64,000 bases of DNA from Octopus vulgaris (taxonomy: Eukaryota). Below the pieces are notes generated by a model. The model saw only the letters and a program-made list of their open reading frames with translations. It did not search any database and was not told the DNA's origin. The DNA lies in contig OX597817.1 of assembly GCA_951406725.2 (NCBI GenBank), positions 119,722,001 through 119,786,000 of the forward strand, read 5' to 3'. The position numbers and the translations under genes were made by a program. This document shows, one piece after another, positions 27,970 through 42,367 of this stretch; positions within the stretch are counted from its first letter, which is position 1; the number at the start of each line of letters is the position of its first letter.

Positions 27970-28506
27970 TATATAATCCCATAAACAATGTGGATTTTTT
28001 AGAGTTCTGTTATTTTTTTAAATTAGCATAAAGAAAGTTCATTTTTAATCTAAAATATATTCTCCTTCATTTTCTACAATGGTCTTCCATCTATCTAGTA
28101 GACTTGCAAGACCCCTCATCCAAAATTCACTTGTCTGTGACAAAAAATGGTCTTCCAGTACTGTTGAAGATTGCGGAATAAATGATAATCTGATGGGGCA
28201 ATGTCTGGTGAATATTGTGGGTGGGTATCATTTCTCATTCAAAGTGCTCCAACCTTTGGAATGCACTTACCATTGCCTTATTGCCTTTATTGAACACAGA
28301 AAGCAAACTATGCTGAATATGTCCCTTTGTCACTTCCATTATAGCAATGAAAAAAAATTACTGTTTAAAACTTGCACTAAGAATAAGGATAGGGTAAAAC
28401 TACTACCTGCTTTTATAGTAAGTTGATGCAGATAGTGTATCCTGCTACCCTTCAACTTTTAGTTCAGGTAATTGAAAAAATGGTTTGCTTATGGGATGAC
28501 CCAATA
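27970..28506 (-). mobile_element. Internally deleted mariner element
   Basis: Minus strand gives N-terminal MEVTKGHIQHSLL..FNKGNKA and C-terminal HPQYSPDIAPSDYHLFRNLQ..SEFWMRGLASLLDRWKTIVENEGEYILD*. Termini: TATTGGGTCATCCCATAAG and a decayed TAATCCCCATAAA. Confidence 0.9.
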
Positions 28507-28516
28507 CATACATTCA

Positions 28517-28933
<417 letters not shown>

Positions 28934-30000
28934 GCACACACGCTAACATACAAAATGCTTCTTCAGTTTGTATCAGTCTATTTCACTCAGAAGGTATATG
29001 CCAACACACAGCTATAGCAATGTACTAGCCCGCATTGTTCACATACTGTGACAAAATCCCTTACCATGTGATTTCAATGGGAACTTCATAATCACACAAC
29101 CATACTCACAACTATTCTTAACCACACAGCCATACTGGCACCTACTGTTAACCACAAGTGATGCTTGCTTCTATACTTAACCATATAACCAAGCCTATAC
29201 TTAAACATCCATGCCTATACCTATAAATTTATGAATAATCTTATGTTCAAGCCAGAAGTCACTAAAGAAAACTTTGTTACTGAAATTTCACCTGAAGATA
29301 TTCTATTCAGTAGAACAGAATTTATATTTATTACATAAAATATGACATAATTATACAATAATTTACAATACTTTCATATCAGAACATAAGGAACACTCTC
29401 CATATTGAATATTATAACAAAATACTTTTGAGTATATATGCAATTAGTACCTTCCAAATTAATTAATGAGTGTTTCATTAACTTGTCATTGCTATTATTA
29501 GATTCAATGAGGTTGATCCTAAATGATTAGGTATAATGAAGATTATTAACTGGCTCTAAGGCAGTTCTCTTATTAAATGTATCCTTGAAATAAATGCCTA
29601 CAGACCAAGATTTTCAATGGATTTCAGAAATACATTCCTATTTAAATGCAACTGAATGAAATTTTGAGCACAAGTCATTGAATTGTTGAGAGACAAATTG
29701 TAAAGTTAGTAATATATTTAGTTCAACTTGATAAGTTACTGGTAGATAAAAAAAGAAATGATACAATACAGTAACCACTCAACCAAAAGCTAAAATTATT
29801 ACATAATTTAACTGAATTGAAAATCAGAAGCTGTAACTCCAATAATGTAACCAACAAATTTATTCCATAATTAGTGAATAGCTATGCAGGGAAGAAGTTC
29901 ACTTCACAACTATGTAGTTTTGTGTTCAGTTCTATTGCTTGACACACTGGCCTTGTGAGTGAATTTGATAAGAGAAAATTCTGTGAGTTCTATTTTAAAT

Positions 30001-30576
30001 CATCATCATCATTTAACGTCCATTTTCCATGCTAGCATGGGTCGGACGGTTCGATCGGGGTCTGGTAAGCCATGGAGGCTGCACCAGGCTCCAGTCTGAT
30101 TTGGCAGTGTTTCTACAGCTGGATGCCCTTCCTAACGCCAACCACTCTGTGAGTGTAGTGGGTGTATTTTATGTGCCACCGGCACAGGAGCCAGCGCAGG
30201 CTGGCAAACGGCCATGATCAGCTGGTGCTTTTACGTGTCACCGACACAGACGCCAGTCAGGCAACGCTAGTAACTGCTACGCTCGAACAGTGCTTTTACG
30301 TGTCACCAGCACTGGTGTCTTTACAATTACCATTTGAATTTTTGATGTTGACGAACTTGACTCAACAGGTCTCCTCAAGAACAGCGGGTCACTCTACGAT
30401 CCAAGGTCAGTGAAGAAGGCTGTCCTGCGAGCATGAACTCACTTCATTTGTCGGGTCTTCGAATCCTCAAGAACAGTGAGTCACTCTACAATCCAAGGTT
30501 AGCACAGTAGGCCATCCTGTGAGCCATGAACTCACTTCATTTGTCGGGTCCTCGAAGTCACAGCATATCTCCAGAG
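30001..30576 (-). mobile_element. 5'-truncated RTE LINE: ORF end plus 3' UTR, with a ~92-bp internal tandem duplication
   Basis: Minus strand ORF end reads WRYAVTSRTRQMK*. (GAT)n tail present. Duplicated unit at 30372-30463 and 30464-30556. Confidence 0.8.
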
Positions 30577-30800
30577 AAAGTTATGTGTTTGTCTCTTCAG
30601 TACTTGACAACTGATGATGGTTTGTTTTCCTCTAAAAAATGAGATGATAAAATAACTACCAAACTTAAAATAAGCATTGGGCTAATGCTTTTGACCAAAT
30701 CACTTAGCATGGCTGCAGTCCAATGACTGAAACAAGTAAAAAAATAAAAGAACCCTCTGTAAATAATAATCTTATAAAATATAAAGAAAAGAACTATATA

Positions 30801-31031
30801 TTTCTTTATTGCCCACAAGGGGCTAAACATAGAGGGGACAAACAAGGACAGACAAAGGGATCAAGTTGATTACATCAACCCCAGTGTGAAACTGGTACTT
30901 TATTTATCGACCCCGAAAGTATGAAAGGCAAAGTCGACCTCGGTGGAATTTGAACTCAGAATGTAACAACAGATGAAACACTGCTAAGCATTTCGCCCGG
31001 AGCGCTAACGTGTCTGCCAGCTTGCCGCCTT
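30801..31031 (-). mobile_element. Intact family-B tRNA-derived SINE with 15-bp target-site duplication
   Basis: Head AAGGCGGCAAGCTGGCAG, B-box-like GAGTTCAAATTCC, central GTCGACTTTGCCTTTCA..GGGGTCGATAAA. TSD GAAAAGAACTATATA at 30786-30800 and 31032-31046. Confidence 0.92.
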
Positions 31032-32959
31032 GAAAAGAACTATATAAGGATCTACTAATAGTTCTTCATCTTTATTCGGTGGGCCATAAATTTGATATTG
31101 CACTTAGTTTGTTAAATGGAGCAAAACATCACAAATATCGTCTCCGTCAGTCCATCTGTCTCCTTTATTTATCAATGGACATTAAATAATTTCTAAAGTT
31201 TCTAATAGCTTATTCAAAACTTAGTTGAATACCATAGGATGACATTCTTCTAGTATACTGTATGACTTTATCAGATTAATAGCATGATTTAAATTATATT
31301 TTTATCTCTAAGTAGAGTTACAGTCATTCTACTACATATTCTATTTGACAGCATATCATATATAAGGTTTCTAAAGGACAGAAAAAAATAAAGAATATAA
31401 GAAACATAAATAATAATGGAGAATTATCTAGTTGAGGACATAAATTTCATTTCAGCATCATCATCATCATTATCATCAACAACAATAACAATGATAATCT
31501 GCCAGGTAATACTGAATAAAAAAAAAATATTTTAACATACTGAATATTGGAAGAAGCATCAGAAAAATAACTATACATCAAGAATTGTATAGTCATGAAA
31601 GTAATTAGAGAAGGAATGTCTTCAACATATTAAAATGATATATCTCAAAAGTAATTCTTATTTAATTAAAAGACATAGGTTAATTTACTAAGACAGTTAT
31701 AGTTATTGAATTTATTTCCAATTAAATTTATCCCTTATAATCCCCTGCTATTTGAATGAGGAGAGAGATGATGGGAGAAAGTTGTGAGTAAAAACAAAAC
31801 ACTATAGCAAATTTCTAATATTTTAATTTTCATTATATCAAATTTCTTTCCATCAGTGTGGTTGAAATCTAAGTACACAATTGTGATGTTTAATGCGGTA
31901 GAATATGCTGATAGATGCCATTTCATATCATTTTCTAAAGTTGTACCACTTGGGCATCATCTATCAATAGTAACTGCGTGAACAGGACAGTTACATATCC
32001 TACAAATATAAGCCACAGCAGGGTTCCTAACAAATATGATTGAACTAGACCATTTAAATCATGTTCACATACAAAATAGTCATAAAGTGAATACACACAC
32101 ACACATACATATGCATACATATTCGTGTATCTCATTGATCAAAACATGGAGAATAAAAGAGGGATAAAATCAGGAAAAATACAATATGAGAAAATAAAAG
32201 AAACAAACATAGAAGGAGTGACTTAATATTGTAAACCAATATTCATATTTCTGACAAACTGCACAAATATTTGTTAACATACAGTGAGATATTATCAATT
32301 ACTTTTGTACACTGGAATAAAATAATTGTCTTGATCATTAGTAAAATAATGTAACTCGAATAGTTTCTACATACATATATAACAATAGTTTAAGTAAAGG
32401 TTATTCCTGACCCAGCAAACCAAAAAAACCCAACCGTACCCATCCCATCTTTAAATACATGCATTTAAATATATGCATCTTTAAATATATTACATTTAGA
32501 CCAATGTAACCTTCATATATCTATCTTGGATGATATATGTACAGCATGTACAGCCAAATAGTCCAAAGTATTTTGCATGGTGTCATTGAGAACAGATATG
32601 ATTGTTATTTCTAGCAGTTTGAGAGACTGCATAAATGCAATTTCATTAACTCATCCTACTGGTATGTTGTATGGGTACTTGGTAAAAAGAAATCCCATAA
32701 CTTCTTAATGATACAGTGGGTCACTTCTTACTACTTTAGCTTTTTATAGTATTTCGAATGCAATTCAGACTGATTGACCCCTAAACCTACATTACATTTA
32801 CGAAGAATTACAGTTTCAAGTTACAATATTTGAACTTTATAGGTTCCATTAGTTGAAAAATATCACTATTTTATAGTGTATGCAGGTTTGCATAATTATG
32901 TGTATAGGTGTGTGTGTGTGGTGTAATGAGGGTATAAATTTGCATTTATGCATATCTAA

Positions 32960-34088
32960 TTGAACACAAGTGGAAAGTCTTTTATCCAATTGAGTGTTGA
33001 GCCTTTTCTATACTTAACAATGTATTTTATTAGAGATGCTACCAGCAGGGTGTGAATTATGAGTTCAATGAGGAACCTAGCAAGCAGTTAGATGTCCATT
33101 AACACTTTTTTCTCAGTTTCTCAACCATCTCCTGTTTATTATAGCTCTCAGGCCTATGAAAGAGGGATTCATGATGGTTTATTTATAGGAACGTCTACAT
33201 GCTTTTGACCTAGCTCTCAGAGTCGAATCAGTCATAATGATAGTGAAAAATTCTGAATGTAGGTGTTAAAATAAATCTAGTTTACAAGTTTTAGTGAACA
33301 GAGGAAGACAGGTCTCACCTATCATCAAGGAAAAGATCATGCTTGAAATGCAGAAAAGAAATAGGTAAAAATACAATACATTTAGAATACATCCATAATT
33401 TACATTGGGTGCTCCCAATGCAAATTACAGGAATGCAAGAGATACAGTAGGATCAAAGGTAGCTAACAAAGAAGGACATCATAATAAGGAAATGTGGTGG
33501 ATTAATTAGCAGTAAGAATATCCATAAAATATACTTTCAAATGCTCTGGGGGATCAATAGCTTCTATTATCTATGTGATCAAATTGGCAGTAAAAGATGG
33601 ACTTTTGAAAGCATTGTAGAGCAAGAACAAAATGAAAAAGTTCAAGGAGCTATTAACTTTGCTGTCAAGATAAATTAGTCTTCTAGGGTGAGGGGTAGAT
33701 TGTGATGCTTGCATACATATATAGCAATGTTGCATTATAATGAATCATGAGTACTGAATGCAGATGATGTGTGTAGGCTGGAAAGAAGTGAAGCCATCAT
33801 GCTCTGGTAGATGTTTAAGGTCAGTAAGCATGGCAAAATACATACAAACTGAGAGAAAAACTATGTATAAAAGGAATCATATTCAGGTGTAGAGAAAAAA
33901 ATGTTAATATAGACATAGGCGTAGGAGTGGCTGTGTCGTAAGTAGGTTGCTTATGAACCACATGGTTCTGGGTTCAGTCCCACTGCATGGCACCTTGGGT
34001 AAATGTCTTCTGCTATAGCCTCAGGCCGACGAAAGCATTGTGAGTGGATTTGGTAGATGAAAACTGAAAGAAGCCCATCGTATATATG

Positions 34089-34121
<33 letters not shown>

Positions 34122-34545
34122 ATATGTTTGCATGTCTGTGTTTGTCCCCCCAACATCACTTGACAACCAATACTGGTGTGTTTACGACCCGTAACTAAGC
34201 AGTTTGGCAAAAGAGACTGATAGAATAAGTACCAAGCTTACAAAGAATAAGTCCTGGGGTCGATTTGCTCAACTAAAGGCGGTGCTCCAGCTTGGCCACA
34301 GTCAAATGACTGAAACAAGTAAGATAGTAAAGAGTACAGACATGTGAGGATGTGGCAGTTGGGTAAAGAAATGAAAGGTAATAAAAATTTGTGGAAGAGA
34401 AAGACTAAGGAAGTTGTAAGAAGAAGCGAAGGTTAACCTCAGGAATCTGAACAATGTGAAGGTGCCAACAATGGATGAGAACAAGTGACAAGGCTTTCTG
34501 TTGGAGTAAAACCAGTGTAACTCTTGCAAACATGAAAAGCTTAGA
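32960..34545 (+). mobile_element. Decayed RTE-clade LINE (RT and C-terminal region) interrupted by a family-A SINE
   Basis: Remnants include SVLNHLLFIIALRPMKEGF (QGSVLSPLLF-like), LHAFDLAL (YADD-like) and VLNADDVCRLERSEAIMLW. After the SINE come GHV- and CGRERLRK-like motifs and the RTE tail. Confidence 0.75.
33918..34336 (+). mobile_element. Full-length family-A SINE inserted in the LINE
   Basis: Complete head, body and tail. Imperfect TSD tatagacat / tacagacat. Confidence 0.92.
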
Positions 34546-35072
34546 GAAAGAGTAAAACAAAAATGGTAAAATGAGATTTGAAATATGCATACACATGCAT
34601 ATGAATTGTAAAGATTAATCAAAGACAGGCTGTGAGCATGAATTTCTCACAAATTCAAAATAACAAAATTTGAGGAAAGAGAGATTGAAAACATGACACA
34701 TGAATCAGTTCAGTAGCAAAAGGTACCACAGATTTGATATGAATTCATGCACTTAAGTGGATTCTGTTACAGGTATCCAAGAACCAGGGGGTGTATTCTA
34801 GTCAAGAGCCAGGAGAAGATTCTGCTAAAATCACTCAAGAAACAAACATCAAAATTAGTCAAATGCAATGGGTTTATCACACCAAGAATAAGTGCAGTTC
34901 TGCAGTCAACAGGTTTCTGCCAAGTTTACATCCCCAAAATTTCACTTATAGCAATTCAGGTCCACAGAGAACTATATAATTGTAATGTAAACTTCTTAAC
35001 CATGTATGTATGTACACATATATGAAAGCATATATGTACCCCATCATACACATAAGTATATACATACACATA

Positions 35073-35110
<38 letters not shown>

Positions 35111-35285
35111 GGGGTTAAAATGGTAGTAATGTCAGTTGCTATGGAACAGCCATGTTGAAGTGGCGATAAACATTAGTTTTCAGTATAGTTACTACTCTCA
35201 TCTCTGATATTTTCTAACCACACACACACTCACACACGCATGCATGTACACAGACACACACACACGCACACAAATACATAGGCTA

Positions 35286-35605
35286 GGCACTCCTTCACCA
35301 ATGAAGACGAGTGTTCCACTTGATCTTATCAATGGAACAACCTGCTCATGAAATTCATGTGTAAGTGGCTGAGTACTCCACAGACATGCATGCCATCAAT
35401 GTTCTTCTCAGAGAAATATTCACTGTGACACACCAAATGTGACACGGCTGGCCCACTGAACTACTGGTACTACTCATTTTTGCCAGCTGAGTGATCTGAA
35501 GCTAAGTAAAATGAATGGTCTGGATGAAGGACAGAAAAGACCACAGAAATTAAAATAATGACCATATATTTATGTGCCAGATACACTAAATGCTAAGTCA
35601 CATAA
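35286..35605 (-). mobile_element. Decayed SINE (head C + tail N)
   Basis: gtggctgagtactccacagaca and actcatttttgccagctgagtg blocks match 55798-56014 and 56036-56415. Confidence 0.7.
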
Positions 35606-35618
35606 CTTCAATTCATGT

Positions 35619-35653
<35 letters not shown>

Positions 35654-35709
35654 ATGTAAGAGTATACTCTAAAATATATTTTGCATAGTGCAAACATATG
35701 TGATATAAT

Positions 35710-35786
<77 letters not shown>

Positions 35787-35790
35787 AATA

Positions 35791-35992
35791 TAGTTAATCC
35801 AAACAAGAAAGCACAAAAAAACACAACAACGCGAGGATGTGGAACAAATATAGTATTATTGGACGCTCAGGAAAGAAGGAGGGCTTAACGTTTCGAGTGG
35901 AGCTCTTCGTCGGAAACATAGGAGAAGGAAAGATCCAGAGAAGGGAAGACAGAGGAAAAAAGAAAAATCGACAACGGTACACACACAGTCAC
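35791..35992 (-). mobile_element. Second copy of the hammerhead-bearing Penelope-like short element
   Basis: Aligns with 10662-10830. Core reads CCGACGA..GAAACGTT (U4C variant). Confidence 0.65.
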
Positions 35993-36005
35993 TTATGTGT
36001 ATATA

Positions 36006-36390
36006 TTCTTTTATTCTTCTACTTGCTTCAGTCATTTGACTGCAATTATGCTGGAGTACTGCATTTAGTCAAACAAATCAACCCCAAGACTTATTCTTTG
36101 TAAGCTAAGTACTAATTCTATCGGTCTCTTTTGCCGAACCACTAAGTTATAGGGACGTAAACACACCAACATCAGTTGTCGAGTGATGGAGGGGGGGACA
36201 AATGCAGACATGCACACAAATACACACATACACACACACATTATACAACAGGCTTCTTTCTGCCAAATCCACTCACAAGACTTTGGTCGGCCCAAAGCTA
36301 TAGTAGAAGACACTTGCCCAAGGTGCCATGCAGTGAGACTGAACCCAGAACTATGTGGTTGGGAAGCAAGCTACTTACTACACAACCACA
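36006..36390 (-). mobile_element. Family-A SINE
   Basis: Aligns along its length with 18473-18881. Confidence 0.88.
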
Positions 36391-37159
36391 TATGTATGTA
36401 TGCATATTGCATATATATAAACCTGTGTCTGCATGTGTGAGTGCATATGTACAACACACATATACTTGAATATCTGAATGCATGACATATATAATTCTAT
36501 ATATGTCTTTGTACATTCACCTGTATCACCCACCCTAAATTCCATTTAACCAATAGAAAATCACAGCTAACCATTAGGCATTTATCCTTGAACTAGAAGA
36601 AAGATCAGCACTAAAAATTTAACTTCTATTTAAAACATTTCAATTAAGTTCCAATATATTCCTACATATACATGTGCTTATGTTTGGACATAGATGTATA
36701 TATACACATATACAACCACATATATACATACCTACACATATAAACATACATATATATGTATGTTTATGAGTGTGTGTAAGTAACTATAGTCAGTCTATTC
36801 AGAAACTGAATGACAGGCAGAAAGAGAATAATTAACAGTTTTAGAACCCCTTTAACTTTTATAAATGACTTAACTGTAGAACACTTTTCATGTTAGTTTG
36901 AGACAGGATGTTTTTGAGTAGCTATTGTGTAAATGACCAAATCTTCCCACATCTAGATGAAATCCAAAGGACATGAAGTGAAAGGTAAAAAAATTATATT
37001 TATTTTCATTGAAAGATTAGAAAAGTTATATGTATCAATATTGAGATAGAAAGTTGGTAAAACAAAACTATATGTAAAATATATATATATATTTATAGTG
37101 ACAAAACTGTATGAGATGTGATATATATATATTGACAAGAAATTACATATTTAGGCACA

Positions 37160-37318
37160 GACATTGCAACAAACTTTGCAACCATGTGCATTGCTGTGGG
37201 ATGCATGTGTATACCACAGCACAAGAACTTGCACAAATGACTTCTGCTATTTGCCCTGGGCTAATCAATGCTTTGTGAGTGAACTTGATAGATGGAAACA
37301 GTGTCCAATCCTGTCATA

Positions 37319-37359
<41 letters not shown>

Positions 37360-37550
37360 ATGTTTGTTTCCCTGCTCATCACACCATTTGAATGTTGGTG
37401 TAGGTTTGTTTATGTTCCTATAATTTAGTATTTCAGCAAAAGAGACTGATAAAAATAAAAGGCAAATAATAAGGGTGATCTCTTTTAACTAAACCATTTC
37501 AAGCTGGTGCCTAGCATGGGCACAGTCCACTGACTGAAACAAGAAATAGA
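37160..37550 (+). mobile_element. Decayed family-A SINE with (TG)n core
   Basis: gctttgtgagtgaa, gcaaaagagactgata and ggtgcctagcatgggcacagtccactgactgaaacaag blocks. Confidence 0.7.
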
Positions 37551-37959
37551 TTACGATAAATGATATATTGAAAAGTCAGCAAAAGGGTGAAAAAAAAATC
37601 TCTAGTGAAGTTTTGGCTAGACAAATCTCAAAAATCAGTAATATTATGGCTCCAAAAGATTGTGTGAAGTTTTGACTCGACAATATTTTTGCATGATAAA
37701 TTTTATTTATGCAAATAAGAAATTATTGATTTTTATCTCATATATTCTTTTCTGTAGGTTCTTCATGTTCAAACTTACTTTAGGGTGAAGACCTAACAAT
37801 CCTCCAAGGAAGTCTCATCAAATGTCTACTCAGAAAGTCACTGCATGGATAGTAGGTGTATGTATATACACACACAAATACAAATATGTGTGTGTATGTG
37901 TTTGTGTGTTTATGTATACACACACACACACACACATACATCTAAGTGACATCATAGTC

Positions 37960-38429
37960 ATAGCCAGTATCAGTGACAAGTAAAAGGTGCCCATGATGGT
38001 AACACATAATTGATGGCAATTTGGCAGATATGTTAGCAAGCCGGGTGAAATGCTTAGCAGTGTTTCGTCTGTCTTTACGTTCTGAGTTCAAATTCCGCCG
38101 AGGTCGACGTTGCCTTTCATCCTTTCGGGGTCGATAAATTAAGTACCAGTTTTGCATTGGGGTCGAAGTAATCGACTTAATCACTTTGTCTATCCTTGAC
38201 TGTCCCCTCTATGTTTAGCCCCTTGTGGGCAATAAAGAAATATGATGGTAGCACAAAAGAGGCACCCACTACACTCTGTGGAATGGTTGGTTTTAAGAAG
38301 GGCATCCAGCCATAAAAACCATGCCAAAACAGACTGGAGCCTGGCACAACCCTCTGGGTTACAAGTTCCAACCAAACCATCTAACCCATGCCAGCATGGA
38401 AAACAGACACTAAATGATGATGATGATGA
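37960..38429 (+). mobile_element. RTE 3' UTR copy containing a nested family-B SINE (38011-38241)
   Basis: SINE is flanked by ATGATGGTA(A/G)CACA at 37993-38006 and 38242-38255. Host resumes with gcacccactacactc and ends in (GAT)n. Confidence 0.88.
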
Positions 38430-39494
38430 TATACGGTTTAGTAGGCTATGCAAGGCTTTTGCCCTAATTTTTTTACTGTGGGTGATGACAGAAGTCAACA
38501 ACTGAAAGTGACATAGATAAGCATAAGATAACCTTTTCCAATACAATCTATTCCTTCAAATTGACTAAGTGACAACCCAATACATTTTCACATCCACATA
38601 ATTTGACGAACACATAATCTTTGACACATTATGGTATGCCATTTAATGTTCCCATTCCATCTAATGTTCAAAAGCTAAAATATTGAAAACCTCTTGAAAT
38701 TAGAACATAACAACAAACTTAAACCTCCATCAATAACACCAAAATCTCAATATTACTTATATTAAAGAACTTGTTGCAATACTACTCCATTGTTACTCTA
38801 ATACCACATTGCTAAAACATATATACTCTTTACAAAGGCAAAGAGTATGCATCCGTGTATGCAGTCATTCATGACCATTCATGAGGGAAAAAAATGTAAA
38901 TAATGTGAACAATTTTGCCCCATTTTCATTACAGACCTACAAAATATTTTAACTTTAGTACAAGTATGTATTATAGATAGTATACATTCTATATCTAAAA
39001 GAGTTGGGTTTTTTTATGGCTAAGTCAGAAGAAGGTGAAAGCCTAATATTGTCTTTCAGGGTATGTAAAATTAGTGAGGGAAAGGGAAGAAAAAATAAAC
39101 TATGCTCAACATTTGCTGCAATAGGAAGCAATCCTCAGGCTAAATACCTAATCTGAATGCTTGTCAAAGATGAACTCTTCCCAAGGCACCCTGAAGTTGA
39201 TGACGATGGTAGTAGTGGTGGTGGCGATAGTGTCAAATTGGGCAACAGAGGAGACTTACAAGGTTACATGTACACATAGAACACATAAATACAAATTTTT
39301 ACTGCTTTAGGAAAAAAAAAAACTTCTCTTAAGGACAAAACATGAATCATGAACATGCGCCTATCACTAGTACGCCAGAATGATAAAACGATAAAATGTA
39401 TAAAATTGATATATCTATGAACCCATTCTGTCATGCTACAAGGTAAATATGCAGTGGAAACTCAAGTCATGGTAGTAAATAAATTATAATTTAC

Positions 39495-39573
39495 CTTGTC
39501 CGCTATCTAACATTCTACAATAAAAGTTTGCGTGTTTTTAAATCTGCCAATTGCGCACCTACTTCGCTAAAAC
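39495..39573 (-). other. Candidate exon (possibly 5' UTR plus start codon, MLDSGQ) in a CpG-enriched patch
   Basis: Minus strand ctttcatAG|...ATGTTAGATAGCGGACAAG|GTAAAT. Unique sequence with about nine CpGs in 39350-39620. No homology evidence. Confidence 0.25.
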
Positions 39574-42328
39574 CTATGAAAGTGAATGCCTTTCGAACTC
39601 ATTGCAAAAATACGTTTCAGTTTTTCCTACTTTAAGGAATTGTTCCCCAGCCCCTGATTACTGCAAACTGAACATCAGTTGCTTCTGCCTAAGTTATCCT
39701 TCCATCACACCAATCAAGCAATGTCTATAGAAACTAAGAGCATTGCCTCTCATTTCCAAATAACTAATCTTAAAAGAAAACTACATACCAAGGGGAATGT
39801 ATGTGTATTTCTATCTGGTAATTATACTACTAAACTCACAATATAATCTTATGTCATTATCAATGTTAATCTGATATTTCTATCTTTCTCTCTCCCCCTA
39901 TCTCTTTCCCACGCACTTTCCTCTCCCTGATACATGTAGTGCTGCCAAAGACAAGCAACGGTTTCTATTGGGATACTAGGTATGGCTTGTGATTTTTACA
40001 CAAGATTCCATTTCATTTAACATAGTATATATGAAAGAGTTGCATAGTGTTTGCAATTGCATTGTTATCAATGACTAGAGCAGTGTGACAACCACATAGA
40101 GATTTTCCTCTGTTAGCTCAATGTAAACTTTATGATATTTAGTCCCAGATCAGCCCTGATCTAACAGGCTTATAATGGAAGCTACTCTAGTAATAACACC
40201 AATGTCATTTTGCATATCTGGAACTAATTGTCTAGTAAATCTAGCTAAGGTATGATACGAGGGTTATTTTGCCACGATTTCAATCATATTGCATGGTCAT
40301 GTAGAGGCTCCTTTTATCAAACAATGTGACCAGCTAACATTGATTTACATCATGTTATTTGTTAGGTTGTGATACAGTAGAAAGCAGCCCTGACACCCTT
40401 TCTCTCCTTTTCACATTTTTCATTTTCACTCCCTTAGAGATGGCTGTTTAATAAGAGGTATGATGTGACAGGATTGTAAAAAGAGTTTTATATATGTGCA
40501 CACGTGCATGCATGCACACACACGCTTTAATGTCATTATGATGAAGATTTAAACTGGAGGAATTTGAGTTGTAAGAACTGAGAATTCAATAGTGTGAGAA
40601 TGAAGTAGCTTTCAAGATGGTTGTGAAGAAAGTTAACACAGCAACCCTGAGATGAACAAGACAAAAATGAAAATTAGAATTGCCAAAATTTTAATACTGC
40701 TTGATTCTACAACAAAGTGCAAAATCATTTTATCACAATCCACAAAACAAAAGCGTGGGAATATAAGGACACTTAAATAACTATCAAGACAAGCAAGTTG
40801 TGAATATTTGTAGTTTAAACCTCTATAACTGATGTTTAAGTAATTTTGTGAGTTAAATAAATATCACAAATAACAGTTCCAAACTACCCATTGAATTTCT
40901 GCTGTAGTTAATGCAAGGTAAAGATCTTATCTAAAGTAGATTAAGTGCAGTGGAATTCATAATGGCTCTCAGAGTGTATGCTTCTTAGAAGTTATCCTAC
41001 TCAAGGGAGTAACATACAAGCAAGCATTTTCCCCATAAAACTCAGCAAGGAGAATCCTCAAATTATTACCTTCTTGTTAATCACTTTTATATGTAAATAT
41101 GTAAATGGAAAGAAAGAAAGAGACCAGATTTCCAAACATCTCAGCTCATCTTGCTATTAGATTTTAAATAATAGTTCTGATTAAAGTTTGTTTGTGGTGG
41201 ATGTATGCAATAGCCTATTTGATATTAAACACACCAAATAAGGATATCCTCTAACATATGTGTGTATTCTTTTATTTTACTGATTTCAGTCATTGACTGA
41301 TGTCATACTGGAGCAAAATTTGAAGAGTTTTAATCAACTACATCAAGCACAGAACTTATTTCACTCTGGTACTTCTTTTGTTAGTTACTATTTCAATAGC
41401 TAAGTTTATTATTCAGTTGAATGGCTGAAACTCAAAACATCAATTTAACTATACTATACAGAACCACACACACACACACATACACACACAACAGGTTTCC
41501 ACACAGTTTCTGTCAGTCATATTCCTCTCACTAGAATATTGGTCAATTCACTCTGGAACCATGTCGCTTACTGCAAAGCAAACTTCTCAACAACATGGTT
41601 ACATTAATAGAATGCTTTGACTGACTGTTAACTGAAGTGTTAAAGATCAGCATCAATCAATGATGCTGTCTTTTTTAATGATGAAGATACTTAATTCTCA
41701 AATAGGACACTTTGGTACAGACTGCAGCTATAAATAGTGTTTTATTAAATTCTGGTGCTATGATAAATTTCTGGTAAATGAAGAGTTGTGCCAAGTTAAC
41801 TTGCTCAAAACATATTACATAAAGGTTGGGTAACTATCACCACACACGTGCCTGAGTGTGCATCTGTGAGTGGGGATGTCATTTTTTTGCTGAGAGAAGG
41901 ACTTGAAGAACTCTCTTGTAATGTTTCCTATCAGCTGATGTACAGGAGTTGAGGTAGATCAGCTTGCTGAAGCACTTTTAAGATTTTTGTGCCTATCACC
42001 ATTTCATACCCGCGACTTCCCAAGTTTATCACAAAACCAAAGAAAGACAAAAGGTGACCTTTTTTTTGAGTTGGGGTGGGTGGAGGTGGGTGTTTCCAGT
42101 GACAAGCTTTGAGATTTTAATTCATATTACTCAGAGCTAAAATCAGATACCATAAGTCATCTAATCTAACACTCTAACATTCCATCAATCTGTTGCTCTG
42201 GGCTAGTACCTTACTATCAACTTGAAAAGGCAAAAAGATGGGATCTAAACTCAGAACCCAGAAAGCAAAAACAAATGCAACAACACATTCTGTCTAAACT
42301 CTCAAATGGCTCTATTAATTATTTGACA

Positions 42329-42360
<32 letters not shown>

Positions 42361-42367
<7 letters not shown>

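Noticed and set aside
36740-36767. Perfect 28-bp palindrome
   Set aside because: Built from (TACA)/(TA)/(TGTA) microsatellite units, so it is expected by chance here.
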